Positions 29,668 to 40,300 of a stretch of DNA of 64,000 nt are shown in pieces. How positions within the stretch are numbered: the stretch's first letter is position 1; each line of letters opens with the position of its first letter. The notes under the pieces are model-generated. The model was not told where the DNA came from and ran no database searches. It was given only the letters and a program-made list of their open reading frames with translations. The stretch comes from Veleropilina oligotropha (Eukaryota), in assembly GCA_048128005.1 (NCBI GenBank), contig JBEUKZ010000071.1, positions 186,001-250,000 on the forward strand, given 5' to 3'. The translations under genes and the position numbers were made by a program.

Positions 29668-30951
29668 ATGGCTAAGAGCGCCTTTGCGTTTAATAGGAGT
29701 GCGGCCTATCCGACCGGTGTGGTGTACCCAGCAAAGATCAAAGATGAGCAGCTTACGAGACCAAGCATCAATGTGGGTAATAGCTCAACCACTACATTCG
29801 GGGCAACATACCCTGACGTCTTTCAGAAATACCGCCTCCCTCATGTCGCTAGTGACGGGCTGATAAGGGATTGGAACAGCACGCCGATGAGGTTCTGGCA
29901 GAACAAGGTCAATTTCGCAGTTTGGTGTGCCACAACAGGTTCCGGAATCTCCTCAGAAGACCACTTAAATGCGACCGACCCCCTCTCCACTGCTGTATTC
30001 ACCTTCCACGTCTACTATCAGGTCAGACGAATCTTATCCGAAATTCAGGCGCCGCTGCCACAGGACCGGACGTGGGATGCATTCGACAACCCGTATGACC
30101 GCAGGGCATATGAGAAGATCTGCAGCGAATTTGGGGTGTCTCCCCATACCGACTGGCGTGTCAAGGGTCCCAACGGCGGACTAGGCACCGCTTACAGCTA
30201 CTGGGCGAACAACGGCTACCACCCCATCGGACGTGACTATGATCCAAGCCGAATGTCCTTCACTAAAGGTACGACCAACACGAATCTGCACGTGGACTAC
30301 ATCGCGCAAGCGCCTGCACTTAAAAACGGTTGGGCTACTTTTATTCTGGACAGGTCGGTGGGATTCACGAGGGCCGGCGTGGAAAGGCTCAATGATTCCA
30401 TCAGGACCTACGTCTGGGCTATTCTTGGAGCGCAGGCTCAAACGCGTGCAAGTATTCTGGGTAGTGGGACGGCGTTTGACGCACAGAAACAGTTCCTGGC
30501 GAACGTGGAAGACGCCATCGCATCCCCCGTTGACCTCCCAGCAGCCATCAAACGGTACCAAGAGGTGCTCCAGTATGCGAGGTCCAAAGTGGACTTCGTA
30601 TTCGGCGTTGGCCTGTACATGGCGCCAAGTAACATGCTTCTACGGATCGGGCAGGTGGCTGGTTATAACAATGAGATCGTCGTCGCCACGGAAGACCAGA
30701 CACTCGGTCTTAATACTACGGTGAACGCGGCCAATCCTGTGCCGCACAACGCCACTGGGGATACTGGAGAAACAGGACTGGTTATTCCACAAGACTCAGA
30801 TGCAAGCATACCGGTAGTTACTCCGAAGCATCCAAGCTCTCTGCCAGCTGTGGCCCCAGTGGCAGCTGTTTCAGCGGCACATGACGAGGAGAAAACCGCA
30901 CTTATCGTGGGCGGCATTGTCGTTGGTCTAGCGTTTATTTGGCTTACGTGA
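29668..30951 (+). CDS. 427-aa viral protein with C-terminal membrane anchor
   Basis: Homologous to 2222-3496. Confidence 0.8.
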   Translation: MAKSAFAFNRSAAYPTGVVYPAKIKDEQLTRPSINVGNSSTTTFGATYPDVFQKYRLPHVASDGLIRDWNSTPMRFWQNKVNFAVWCATTGSGISSEDHLNATDPLSTAVFTFHVYYQVRRILSEIQAPLPQDRTWDAFDNPYDRRAYEKICSEFGVSPHTDWRVKGPNGGLGTAYSYWANNGYHPIGRDYDPSRMSFTKGTTNTNLHVDYIAQAPALKNGWATFILDRSVGFTRAGVERLNDSIRTYVWAILGAQAQTRASILGSGTAFDAQKQFLANVEDAIASPVDLPAAIKRYQEVLQYARSKVDFVFGVGLYMAPSNMLLRIGQVAGYNNEIVVATEDQTLGLNTTVNAANPVPHNATGDTGETGLVIPQDSDASIPVVTPKHPSSLPAVAPVAAVSAAHDEEKTALIVGGIVVGLAFIWLT

Positions 30952-32257
30952 CCCACTGTCTAGCGGCAATAAGAAGCAAGCCCCCAACTGATATGACCAG
31001 TGCCCATAGGTTTTCAGCGAGCCACGATGCTGTCTTGCCAATCAGGTTGATTAGCCAGGAGACCAGGCTTCCAAGTATTCCTGGGAGCGCGGCTGCGGCC
31101 TTCCCTGCTAGTTTGCCTAGAATCCTTCCCAGGTTCTGCAGCTGCTTTTTGACCCACTCCTTGACCCCGCCCTGACCACTGGGAGGTGGTGGTGGCGTTG
31201 GCGGGCTCGGCGCTCCACCTGTCAGGGCTAGTACCAAAGTCGAGATGGCGAGCCCGATAGCGGTCAGTATTGTTGCGATCGTGACCCCTTGCTCGCGGAA
31301 CAGGGTCCGGATACGCTCGGCCAGCGTTGTGTCGGTGTTCAGGATCCGACTTATCATCTCTCGGATCCGGCTGATTTGAGAGCGAAGGGCCTCCCGGCTT
31401 GATGATGCTGCCTCTAGGCGAGCTGCTCTTTCATCATTCAGGTCGCGCAGACGTTCCGCGATCCGTCGACGGATGAACTCATCCACACCGCCCTCTTCAT
31501 CTGCCTGATCGAGCTTCATCTTCTCCAGCTCTATGTGTTCGTCCAGCGCCGTTAGTTTGGCTAGATTGTTGGTTAGTTCGCCTCGGATGGTCTGCATCGC
31601 CTTGTCAAGTCCGCGAAGCTCGCGAAGATTTAATGGAGGGTCCCCCATTGTGCCTAAGATCTCTTCAACCTCGGTATCAGTGAATTTCGTCTCCATCGTG
31701 TGGATTGCTACCGAGGCATCAGTAGCAGTCTGCCCCAAGTCCCGCAGTTCTATGTTTTCGACATTGGCGGCCGCACCGCTCAACTCGTTGTCGGCTGCCT
31801 GAAGAACTGCAACCGCTTTTGAGGCCAGCTTTTTTTCCCCCCGCGTCCAGTGTACAAAACCCAACCCTTCACGGATTGCATCACCCCCACCAGGCCGGCC
31901 AGCTATTGTTGACAACGCCAAGGGGTTGCCGGTGCGAGAATTTATGAGATTGATGTCGGGGTAGTCCGTCATCACCAATTTCCCCCCCCTCCCTAATTTT
32001 CCCCTCACATACTTGAATTTTGAATAATCTCGCCCCATGGCTGGGGTCTGCCCCTCCTGTGCCAGGGCTTTGTAGTAGTCGTCAACCACGCCCTGAACGA
32101 GCTCTTGCTGAAGACTGCTGGTTCCTTCCTGTGGCCGTTCCGAAAGAACAGGCATAAACCGGTCGGTGGATAGATCCACATCAGTATCGTCGATGATGGT
32201 ATCATCGTTGTCGATGAGATCGTCCGGCTCGAATGCGGGGTTCTCGAATTCCGCCAT
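30944..32257 (-). CDS. 437-aa coiled-coil membrane protein
   Basis: Homologous to 3489-4748. Confidence 0.8.
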   Translation of the reverse strand: MAEFENPAFEPDDLIDNDDTIIDDTDVDLSTDRFMPVLSERPQEGTSSLQQELVQGVVDDYYKALAQEGQTPAMGRDYSKFKYVRGKLGRGGKLVMTDYPDINLINSRTGNPLALSTIAGRPGGGDAIREGLGFVHWTRGEKKLASKAVAVLQAADNELSGAAANVENIELRDLGQTATDASVAIHTMETKFTDTEVEEILGTMGDPPLNLRELRGLDKAMQTIRGELTNNLAKLTALDEHIELEKMKLDQADEEGGVDEFIRRRIAERLRDLNDERAARLEAASSSREALRSQISRIREMISRILNTDTTLAERIRTLFREQGVTIATILTAIGLAISTLVLALTGGAPSPPTPPPPPSGQGGVKEWVKKQLQNLGRILGKLAGKAAAALPGILGSLVSWLINLIGKTASWLAENLWALVISVGGLLLIAARQWVT

Positions 32258-32293
32258 TTGAATACATCAGTGGGATACGCATCTAATTCAGCC

Positions 32294-33595
32294 ATGACTA
32301 GCGTATACGGACGCAAGCTTAATCCATACCGCAGGCTGCGTGAGCCCCTCGCGGTCAAGGGCATCCGCCAGTCGGTCACGATTACAAACAATCCATCAAC
32401 GATTGCCCCGAACCAGCAGCTCCTGGTTCGGTTCCCTAATCTCGGGGCGAATGACGTGATCGTTCCAGGGACTGCCCACCTTGCATTTACCATCTCACTG
32501 ACCTCGGTAAATGCGAATAGGACTGTAGTGCAAAATATCGGCCGTGCCGTGATCAGAAAGACCACGATAAAGATAAGTGGAAACGAGATCATGTCGATTG
32601 ACGACTCCGACGTGTACCACTGCTACTGCGATCTCTGGAAGACCACCGGGGAGCGCAAGAACGCCCAGTACCAGGGGATTGATACCAGCGATGGACACAA
32701 CACTACGAAGCATCGTGTTGGTGCGGCAGACGCCTTTAGACTGTCTGAGGATGTCGCGGTCGCGGCCGCGTACGGTAACCGATTCCGCATCCCGCTGGAT
32801 TTCGAGCTGTTGGAAAGTCACATGCCATTCTATCAAAGCGCCCTTGGAGACCGTCTCGAGTATGAGCTAACGTTCAACGACTACTCCCGGACTATCCGGG
32901 AGACGGACGACTCCGGTTCCAGCTATTCCATCGACAATATATCCCTCGAATATGACATGGTAACCCAATCCGAGCTTGCCAGACGGATTCGAAATCAATA
33001 CCAGGGTCAACTCGTAATCCTGTACGACCGTGTTCTCCGGCATCGGAAGCTCACCCTAGACAAGAGCGACTCGTTGTGGAATATGAATGTGAACGTACCG
33101 GCGAGGTCGATGAAAGGAATACTACTGTTGTTCGAGGACCCTGCGAGAGACGCCGCGCCATTCTCTCGCGATACTGAGGCCTTCTATAATCCGAAGATCA
33201 CAAAGGTCGAGGTCACAATCGAGGGTGTCCCGAATCAAATCTACAGCCAGGGCATGCGAACATACCAGATCTGGGAAGAAGCCAAGAAAATGTTCGCCTC
33301 CGGCTGCAGCAAGCGGCATCCTGAGGTCGCGATGGTCGCAAAGGACTTGGAGATGGCAGACGTCACCCTGGGCGAATTTCTGACTAAGAAATTTGCGCTC
33401 TGGATCGATATGCGGGTAACTGACGACGATCAGTTGCACGGGTCAGGCCGGAGGGTCGAGAACGCCAGCGAAGGCATTACTATTCAGATCACTAAAACAG
33501 CCGAAGCGGCCGGTCCACTGAACGTCTACGAGTTCGTGATCATGGACGCACAGCTGAATATCGAGAATGGCCGATTCGTCGAAGCACTGTACTAA
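32294..33595 (+). CDS. Putative major capsid protein (433 aa)
   Basis: Homologous to 4792-6096. Confidence 0.75.
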   Translation: MTSVYGRKLNPYRRLREPLAVKGIRQSVTITNNPSTIAPNQQLLVRFPNLGANDVIVPGTAHLAFTISLTSVNANRTVVQNIGRAVIRKTTIKISGNEIMSIDDSDVYHCYCDLWKTTGERKNAQYQGIDTSDGHNTTKHRVGAADAFRLSEDVAVAAAYGNRFRIPLDFELLESHMPFYQSALGDRLEYELTFNDYSRTIRETDDSGSSYSIDNISLEYDMVTQSELARRIRNQYQGQLVILYDRVLRHRKLTLDKSDSLWNMNVNVPARSMKGILLLFEDPARDAAPFSRDTEAFYNPKITKVEVTIEGVPNQIYSQGMRTYQIWEEAKKMFASGCSKRHPEVAMVAKDLEMADVTLGEFLTKKFALWIDMRVTDDDQLHGSGRRVENASEGITIQITKTAEAAGPLNVYEFVIMDAQLNIENGRFVEALY

Positions 33596-34199
33596 ACGAT
33601 TTCCGCACACCAAGGACCCCCACTCCGCAATCATCTGCGGCCAGACGGGCTGTGGGAAGACGGTTTTCATGCTTGAACTGCTGGAAGGGGAGTATCGAGG
33701 CGTCTTCCGGCATATCGTGGTCCTCTGCCCCACGATCAAGTACAACAAAGCATACCAGTCTTGTCCGTGGATCTGGACCGACCCTGAGGTGTATTTAGTC
33801 CCCCCGGGTGAGCGACTCCATGACTGGCTGCGGGGGTTCTACCGACTGTTTCAGGGGGAATCAACTTTATATATCATCGACGACTGCGCCGCGAGCAAGG
33901 CTATGGCAAAGAGGAGGGACATGCTGACTTTGTTGGCCTTCAGCGGCAGGCATGCTTCCCAGAGCGTATGGGTAGTGACGCAAAAGTACAACTCGGTCTT
34001 GAAGGAGCTCAGAGAGCAGACCCGCTGGGTCGCGCTGTTCCATTGCAAGGACCGCGACAGTTTCGAGGACTGTCTGCGCGAGAACGATGTAATCCCGTCG
34101 CAGGATGAACGGACCGCGGTTCGCCGGCTGTTGGCCGAGACACGACACGCTAAGCTTCTGTTGAAAACTGATCAGCCCGTTGCTTATATTGTGCTTTAG
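33567..34199 (+). CDS. A32/FtsK-HerA-like DNA packaging ATPase
   Basis: Walker A GQTGCGKT, Walker B YIIDD, SGRH and VVTQ motifs. Confidence 0.92.
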   Translation: MADSSKHCTKRFPHTKDPHSAIICGQTGCGKTVFMLELLEGEYRGVFRHIVVLCPTIKYNKAYQSCPWIWTDPEVYLVPPGERLHDWLRGFYRLFQGESTLYIIDDCAASKAMAKRRDMLTLLAFSGRHASQSVWVVTQKYNSVLKELREQTRWVALFHCKDRDSFEDCLRENDVIPSQDERTAVRRLLAETRHAKLLLKTDQPVAYIVL

Positions 34200-34260
34200 C
34201 AAGCTGTAGTCTACTGAGCATCTACCCAGCAAGCTGTAGTCTACTGAGCATCTACCCAGC

Positions 34261-35016
34261 ATGTCGGACGCTGTATATCTAGCTTTTGCTTTCAGCCAGA
34301 GCCTGATCTTGTTGCTACTCGTAACGTTGTGGTATTGGCATTATCGCTATATTAGACTGGCGAGGCGATGTTGGAAACGCTTCAGGATGGACAGCCTCAT
34401 CGATCAACTCATGGATGACGAACAAGAAACGACCATCAACAGCTGTCGCTTGACTCCCGATGGCAAGGAACCTGTCAGTAACAGTGGAGTCGCAAGTTCC
34501 GTTTGCGCGGCAAAGCGTGAGAGGCTTGCAGCCTTAGCCGTTGGAGGACAGGCCCACCGATACATGGGGCGTAACCTCACAGTGGACCGGATAGACGACA
34601 TGACTGACGACGAGGTCGAAAAGCACCACGCGAGGTATGAAGCGAAACTCGGTGCCGATGTGACGAAGACTCTGGGGACTTCAGCTATTCATCTCTATGC
34701 GGGGGCAGCTGGGATGTTCCTGCCCATTCCACCAGCAAACCAGCTACGACTGATCGCCGACCTGGAGGCCGACCCATTCATCTCACATGCCCTGACCACT
34801 GCAAGCTGTGAGCTGTATTATAAATATGGCATGTACCTCGCACCGCTGACCGCAGCGTTGACCACGGCTAAGCACTGCCAATTTGGACATGTTTGCCCGC
34901 CTAAGATACCAGATCAAGATGACAACGCCGGAAGTGGACCAAGTGATCGAGAGACAGCCGATCGAGAGCCAGCCGATAGAGAGGGTGACTTCTTCGACGG
35001 ACTCATCAGTGAGTAA
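34261..35016 (+). CDS. 251-aa viral protein with N-terminal TM helix
   Basis: Homologous to 6756-7463. Confidence 0.75.
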   Translation: MSDAVYLAFAFSQSLILLLLVTLWYWHYRYIRLARRCWKRFRMDSLIDQLMDDEQETTINSCRLTPDGKEPVSNSGVASSVCAAKRERLAALAVGGQAHRYMGRNLTVDRIDDMTDDEVEKHHARYEAKLGADVTKTLGTSAIHLYAGAAGMFLPIPPANQLRLIADLEADPFISHALTTASCELYYKYGMYLAPLTAALTTAKHCQFGHVCPPKIPDQDDNAGSGPSDRETADREPADREGDFFDGLISE

Positions 35017-35410
35017 AAAGGACCCGAAAAAAGTGGCTGCAGGGAGGGCCGGCGCTGCTGCTCGAAAAGCCAAGCAGGAGAAGCTACTGGCCGCGGTTCG
35101 AAAAATGAAAGAAGACCTGAGTGCCCCAACAAGTGTTGTCGTTCCATCAGAACAGCCCGGGGAGGCGGTTCCAGCCGCAGAAAGACCGCGTGCGCCAGAT
35201 ACACAGAAATCGGACCAATTTAATTGGACCCAGGTAGCCGTCGCTGCCGGTACGGTTGCGTTGGTATTTGTTGTCTGGAAGACGTCCTCAGAACGCAGCA
35301 ACCCTGGTCCATCCACACCACATCAACAGCCACCAGACGCGGACGCTCGGTGCTCTCGGGCCGCCCCCACTATCGAATTGAAGAAGCAGAACCCTTTTCA
35401 TATGCAATAG
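34919..35410 (+). CDS. Basic KDPKKVAAGR protein with one TM segment
   Basis: Homologous to 7381-7856; VAVAAGTVALVFVVW. Confidence 0.7.
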   Translation: MTTPEVDQVIERQPIESQPIERVTSSTDSSVSKKDPKKVAAGRAGAAARKAKQEKLLAAVRKMKEDLSAPTSVVVPSEQPGEAVPAAERPRAPDTQKSDQFNWTQVAVAAGTVALVFVVWKTSSERSNPGPSTPHQQPPDADARCSRAAPTIELKKQNPFHMQ

Positions 35411-35435
35411 TCGCAAACGGTACTAATCAACAGTT

Positions 35436-35675
35436 ATGACTACCCCAATCACTGATGGAAAGATGCTCGGCAACGCTGTATACCACGCCGCTATAGTATC
35501 AGGCCTCGCCATAGGCTACGCACGCCTGACAAAGATGGTATTCAAGGGAGCGAGCCCCAAACTGGACTTCACGGGCTACGATGTCGGGATGGTCGTCCTC
35601 GACGTAGCGCTCGCCATGGCGACGAAAGACATGCTGATCAAGCAAGGCATCATTCCGGCCGATATATTGAAGTAG
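35436..35675 (+). CDS. 79-aa hydrophobic viral protein
   Basis: Homologous to 7869-8108. Confidence 0.8.
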   Translation: MTTPITDGKMLGNAVYHAAIVSGLAIGYARLTKMVFKGASPKLDFTGYDVGMVVLDVALAMATKDMLIKQGIIPADILK

Positions 35676-35706
35676 TGGGACCTTGCTAGATAATCGCAGC
35701 ATTTCA

Positions 35707-36138
35707 ATGGCTTCCATTGCGATGCTGGTTGGGGGCGCTCTCGTCAACGCCCTCGCCTTCAGCGGCTCCAACTTCCTCTTCTCGAAGCTACGCAGCTCCG
35801 GTGTCGATGCGGAGCGTAAACGCCACGACATTGCTGTAGAACAGCTCAACGCTGCTCAGACTAAATGGTCCCAAAAGAGGGCAGAGCGTCTCGACTGGCT
35901 GAACGTTGAACTTCGCCGCCAGGGTCATGCCGTTGGCACATTCCGGGATGTTGACGCCGCGATCCGTGAGTATGCATTGATCACCGGCAAGAACCTTGAC
36001 CCCATCGCTGTGGGAGGTGGCCCTGAGCCCCAGCTGTCTGACTACTACACACCGAGCGATGCCCAGAAGGGACGTGAGATCACCTTCATCATCCTGGGGA
36101 TGGCTGCGACCGGGTTGGTCGCCTACAAGCTCGCCTAA
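35707..36138 (+). CDS. 143-aa viral protein with hydrophobic termini
   Basis: Homologous to 15603-16034. Confidence 0.8.
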   Translation: MASIAMLVGGALVNALAFSGSNFLFSKLRSSGVDAERKRHDIAVEQLNAAQTKWSQKRAERLDWLNVELRRQGHAVGTFRDVDAAIREYALITGKNLDPIAVGGGPEPQLSDYYTPSDAQKGREITFIILGMAATGLVAYKLA

Positions 36139-36179
36139 TTATTTCCAGTGGACATTTTTTTCGTGTGCCAGGTATAGTA

Positions 36180-36401
36180 ATGGGGCTCCCAGAAGAGCTG
36201 TACTGCGCTATGCTTGCGGTCGGCTATAGTACTACGTTACTCGACTGCTGGCGCCGCGACGAAAAGACTATGGTGCGGTTCGCGGTCCTGGTGCTCTCGG
36301 GCCCGACCAACCTACGGGCGACGACTGCGCAGCGACCGGCTCCGGAAGCTGAAGCCTGTTGGAGACTGATCAGTTTACTGGAATACATTGCTGATGGATA
36401 G
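36180..36401 (+). CDS. Small viral ORF upstream of the integrase
   Basis: Homologous to 16071-16361. Confidence 0.5.
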   Translation: MGLPEELYCAMLAVGYSTTLLDCWRRDEKTMVRFAVLVLSGPTNLRATTAQRPAPEAEACWRLISLLEYIADG

Positions 36402-37392
36402 TAAGCTTGCGAGGATGTACTACAGCCCTAAGGGCTACTGGAAAGGCATTGCCGCGATAAAGAAACTAGCGGAGGCTGCCAAGGCGTCTGAAGTGGAGGC
36501 CCGGACATGGCTTAAGAGGCAGGCTATATGGCAGATCTATTTACCTGCGCCACGGCGGATTCCAAGACCAAAATTCGACGTCGTAACGCCAAACGAGGTT
36601 CACCAAGCCGACCTCCTGTTTCTCCCCCATGACAAGGTCAGACACAAGACCTATAAGTACGCTTTGACTGTGGTTGATGTGGCCAGTCGCTTTAAAGAGG
36701 CTGAGCCTCTGGTCACAAAAGAGGCCAAAGGGGTTGCTGAAGCACTAGCCCGAATCTACAGGCGGAGTCCTCTTGGCTGGCCGAAACTGCTTCAAGTCGA
36801 TCCAGGGCGAGAGTTTATGGGCGCGGTTTCCCAGCTGCTGGCAAAGAATAACGTCGAGGTTAGGCGTGGCCGTGTGGATATCCATCGCGATCAGGGCATT
36901 GTGGAGCGCTTCAACCGGACGCTCGCTGAGCGGCTCTTCGGGCACCAGTATGCAACAGAGATGCGGTTTGCAGAGTCTGCGAAAGAGGGTCAAAGGTCAA
37001 CTGAGTGGGTCGCCCGGTTAGCAGCTGTAGTTGCGGCCTTGAATGGGGAAGTGACCAGGCTGACCGGTAAAAAGCCCAAGGACGCCATCAAGGCACCTCG
37101 CGTTGCCCAAAAGCCAGGCGCCACTGTTCCAGGCCGACAGGGGAAGGAACAGAAACTCCCCTCTGACGTAGATGTTCGCTACCTTTACTACGATGGTGAG
37201 CTGGAGGGGGGTCATCGCCGTGCTACTGACCCGGCGTGGTCTCTAAAAGTTTACAGGCTTGGACGCTCCGTCACTAAGCCTGACGAGCCTGTGCTCTACT
37301 ACTTGCTGGATGGACCACCGCGTGGCTTCGTTCGTGAGGAACTTCTCGTGGTGCCTCGTGATACCCAGCTGCCGCCGGTTCTCAGGCGTTAA
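36394..37392 (+). CDS. int: rve DDE integrase
   Basis: QADL, VDPGREF, VERFNRTL. Confidence 0.93.
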   Translation: MDSKLARMYYSPKGYWKGIAAIKKLAEAAKASEVEARTWLKRQAIWQIYLPAPRRIPRPKFDVVTPNEVHQADLLFLPHDKVRHKTYKYALTVVDVASRFKEAEPLVTKEAKGVAEALARIYRRSPLGWPKLLQVDPGREFMGAVSQLLAKNNVEVRRGRVDIHRDQGIVERFNRTLAERLFGHQYATEMRFAESAKEGQRSTEWVARLAAVVAALNGEVTRLTGKKPKDAIKAPRVAQKPGATVPGRQGKEQKLPSDVDVRYLYYDGELEGGHRRATDPAWSLKVYRLGRSVTKPDEPVLYYLLDGPPRGFVREELLVVPRDTQLPPVLRR

Positions 37393-40300
37393 CAACCGCA
37401 AATCCTCGTTTCCGGTTACATTCCAGACACGTTAAGCGCACGTTGTCGCGGGTGTGGCCCCTGCTGTTGTCCACACGGTCGACACTGAACTGCTGTGTGT
37501 CCTTCGGGGAATATGCCCAGAGCAGCTCTATGTTGCATGCTGCGCAGCGGTTGTTTTGGGCCTCTCTGAGCCGCAGGATGTCGTCAACCTTGAGGTTAAA
37601 CCCCGGGAGTCCCGTTGCCTGGTCCTGGCGTTTGTACGCCACAAGCTTTTTCTGGATGGTCTTTCGGAGCTGTTGCTCGGTTTGGGGGGGCCTGTCCTCA
37701 GAACCCTCATCCAGTGGACAGGTTACCCGTTCGAGCTGACGCAGCAGCTCCACCCGGGACACGGCTAGGTAGGCGAGATTACTCCACTGAAGGTAGTCGT
37801 CGATGATCCAGACTTTCTGTGGGTCGTGAATCGTAAGACCCTGGCTCGAATGGATGGTCAGGGCATAGCCCAGGCGCCAATCCGGGGTCAGGATAGCCCG
37901 CTCAGCGGCCTCAATGGTGACCTCGACGACGTCGTTCAGAACTAGCTCCTCTCTGTCGCTGGTGCCCGGAATGGTTACCATGATGTTCTGTTTTCTGCTG
38001 TCCCTGGGGTGGTACAGGATAGGCACCATGGAGTCTGGGAAGTGCTCCTTGTGCCTCTGGAGCAACAGCTCTTGAGCCCGTTCGCGGACCTTCTGACGGC
38101 TTGTGAGGATTAGGTCGCCTGGCTTCCAGGTGTTGACGAACCGGTCCCATCCGAGGCAGCTGGGGAGGGTCCGTCGCATCTCGTCGCACTGGACTTTGTC
38201 GGGCTGGAGACGGATACGTCTTTTCAGGGCTTGGAGGGCAGGGTCGTCTTTCGCCCTGTAGTCTACTTCGATCTCTTCATAGTAGTCCGCGGTCTTTCGC
38301 AGCCAATCGTGCGGCATCTCGCCCGTAATCGGTGGTGGCTGGCCTTGATCACCACAGCAGATAACCTGCACTTCGTGGCGGCCCAGCCAGTCCAAGAACA
38401 TCTCTAGAATAGCCCGGGGAACAGTACAGACCTCGTCCCAGATAATGATGCGCGGGATGAACTTCTGACCCATGCGGTCAGGCGTCCAGTCATTCTGGCC
38501 GCTCCATCGGAAGAAGCTGTGGTAGGTCTGGGCTTTGACGCCTCTGGTCCGCATCTCTTTAGCGAGGCGGTGGGTTGGTGTGAACACGACGGGATTCCTT
38601 GCCCGAAAGAGCTCGATCGCTCTCGTAGTCTTGCCACAGCCCCCTCCACCGTTGAGGTAACTCAGGCGATGGTGGGTCAGTGTGTCATTGTAGCATGGCG
38701 CGGTGCTCGGCTGGCTGGAATTGGCGGCACAACAATACTCTGGCTTGGGTAGGTATGCGGCATGTTCCTGTGGCATATACAGCTGTTCGCCCTTGTCACG
38801 CCACTGGGCTGGTGCTACTGGCGGAAGGTACGGCTCCGCGATCAGACATGAGATGCACGATTTCTCGCCACAGCCGCAGAGTCTGGGGGCAACGTACACC
38901 GTGACATCGTCGAGCTTCTCCAACGAGGCCTTCTTGAGGTAGATGCTGTCAGTGGCTACTCGGACGGCTTCTGCTGCACTGAAACGCTGAAGCATGCTCA
39001 AGAGGTTTATGTGGGCATAGGCCAACATGGACGCCCTCAGGTGGGCGTACTGAGGCTGGGAGCCATCATAGTACGTGAGGATGTGCCCCATAGGGCATCT
39101 CTGAGGAGCGCCAACCAGGGTGCCGCTTTGGCGGGTGTCTCTTACGAGGAAGTCGAGCTCACCCTGGTCGGTCACCAGTCTACGAGTCAATCGCTTTCCG
39201 TCAGCTTTGGCGCCTTGGGTGAATTTGCCGATGATACTGCAGCCCTGGTCACGATCCGGAGGAAGCCAGACATCGGTCTGCTTTTTGAATGCGATGATGG
39301 CTTCTCGGATCTTGAGGCTTTTTAGCAGTCCAGAGTCTATGAGGAAGGCGAGCAGCGGGGTTGGTGCCCATCCATTCTCTGCAAAGTGCTTCCCGAACCA
39401 TGCTACAATGACGGGGTGGATGTCTTGTGCGAACTCCCATTCCACGACCTCGGCAAACCCGGTACCGATTTCTCGGGGTAGAGGACCGTTAATTGCGACC
39501 CGGGTCATGCTGTGGGTTGGGTGCCCGAATCTTTCGAAGTACGGCTTAGCCTCGCCCTTCCCCAGAAAGCTGGCAGGGTAGCAGGCTTTCATGTCGATGC
39601 AGCAGACATCGCCCGTATCGTAGTTCATGGAATTCCAGAGACCGCCGTGGCCATGCTCTACACAGGCCTTCTGGATGTCATCGAGCAGGCTCGCCGGGGT
39701 GGGTTTCCAGCCGTTGGTCTCTTTAGCCATAATGCTAGCTGCATGGTTCACGCCAAAGGCTCGATCGGCTAGGGACTCGTTTCCCAGCGCTGTACAGGCT
39801 TCTTGGAGTATCTCGTGAGTCTCTTTTGTCCTGTACGTGCGGCCGTCCTGAAGCACGAACTGGTCCACGCCAAGCTGTCGGTCTTTACCGCCAAGGAGCC
39901 AGACAGCCAATGGCTCATTCTGGGTGGCTTGTCGGATAGCTTCCCAGACATCGCCCTCATACAGGTGGACCTCGCGAGACTGCGGAAAGTGTAGGTCCTT
40001 GGACCAGGCGTGGCCGTTGTGACAGATGAGTTCTACTGGTCTATGCCAGCCCTGGTACTTCCCACTGCTGTAGATGTCCTCGCCGGCAATATCTCTCAGT
40101 ATGATCGCCCGTTTGAGGATCCTCTCGAGGATGGATATATCATCCACAGTGGCGCCTGTTACGTGGACTCGCTCTTCCCACTCCAGTATTTTCTGCCGCC
40201 TTGTCGGGGTGAGTCCGTTTCCTCTAAGGGCACCTTCGAAGTGCTCAACCACTCGTTGGGCAACGCAGTTGAGGTCGCCGTTCTTCATCGGAACCAGGTT

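Noticed and set aside
34198..34260. 30-bp tandem duplication between the ATPase and the next gene as a regulatory element
   Set aside because: Not conserved in this form in copy 1; likely local slippage.
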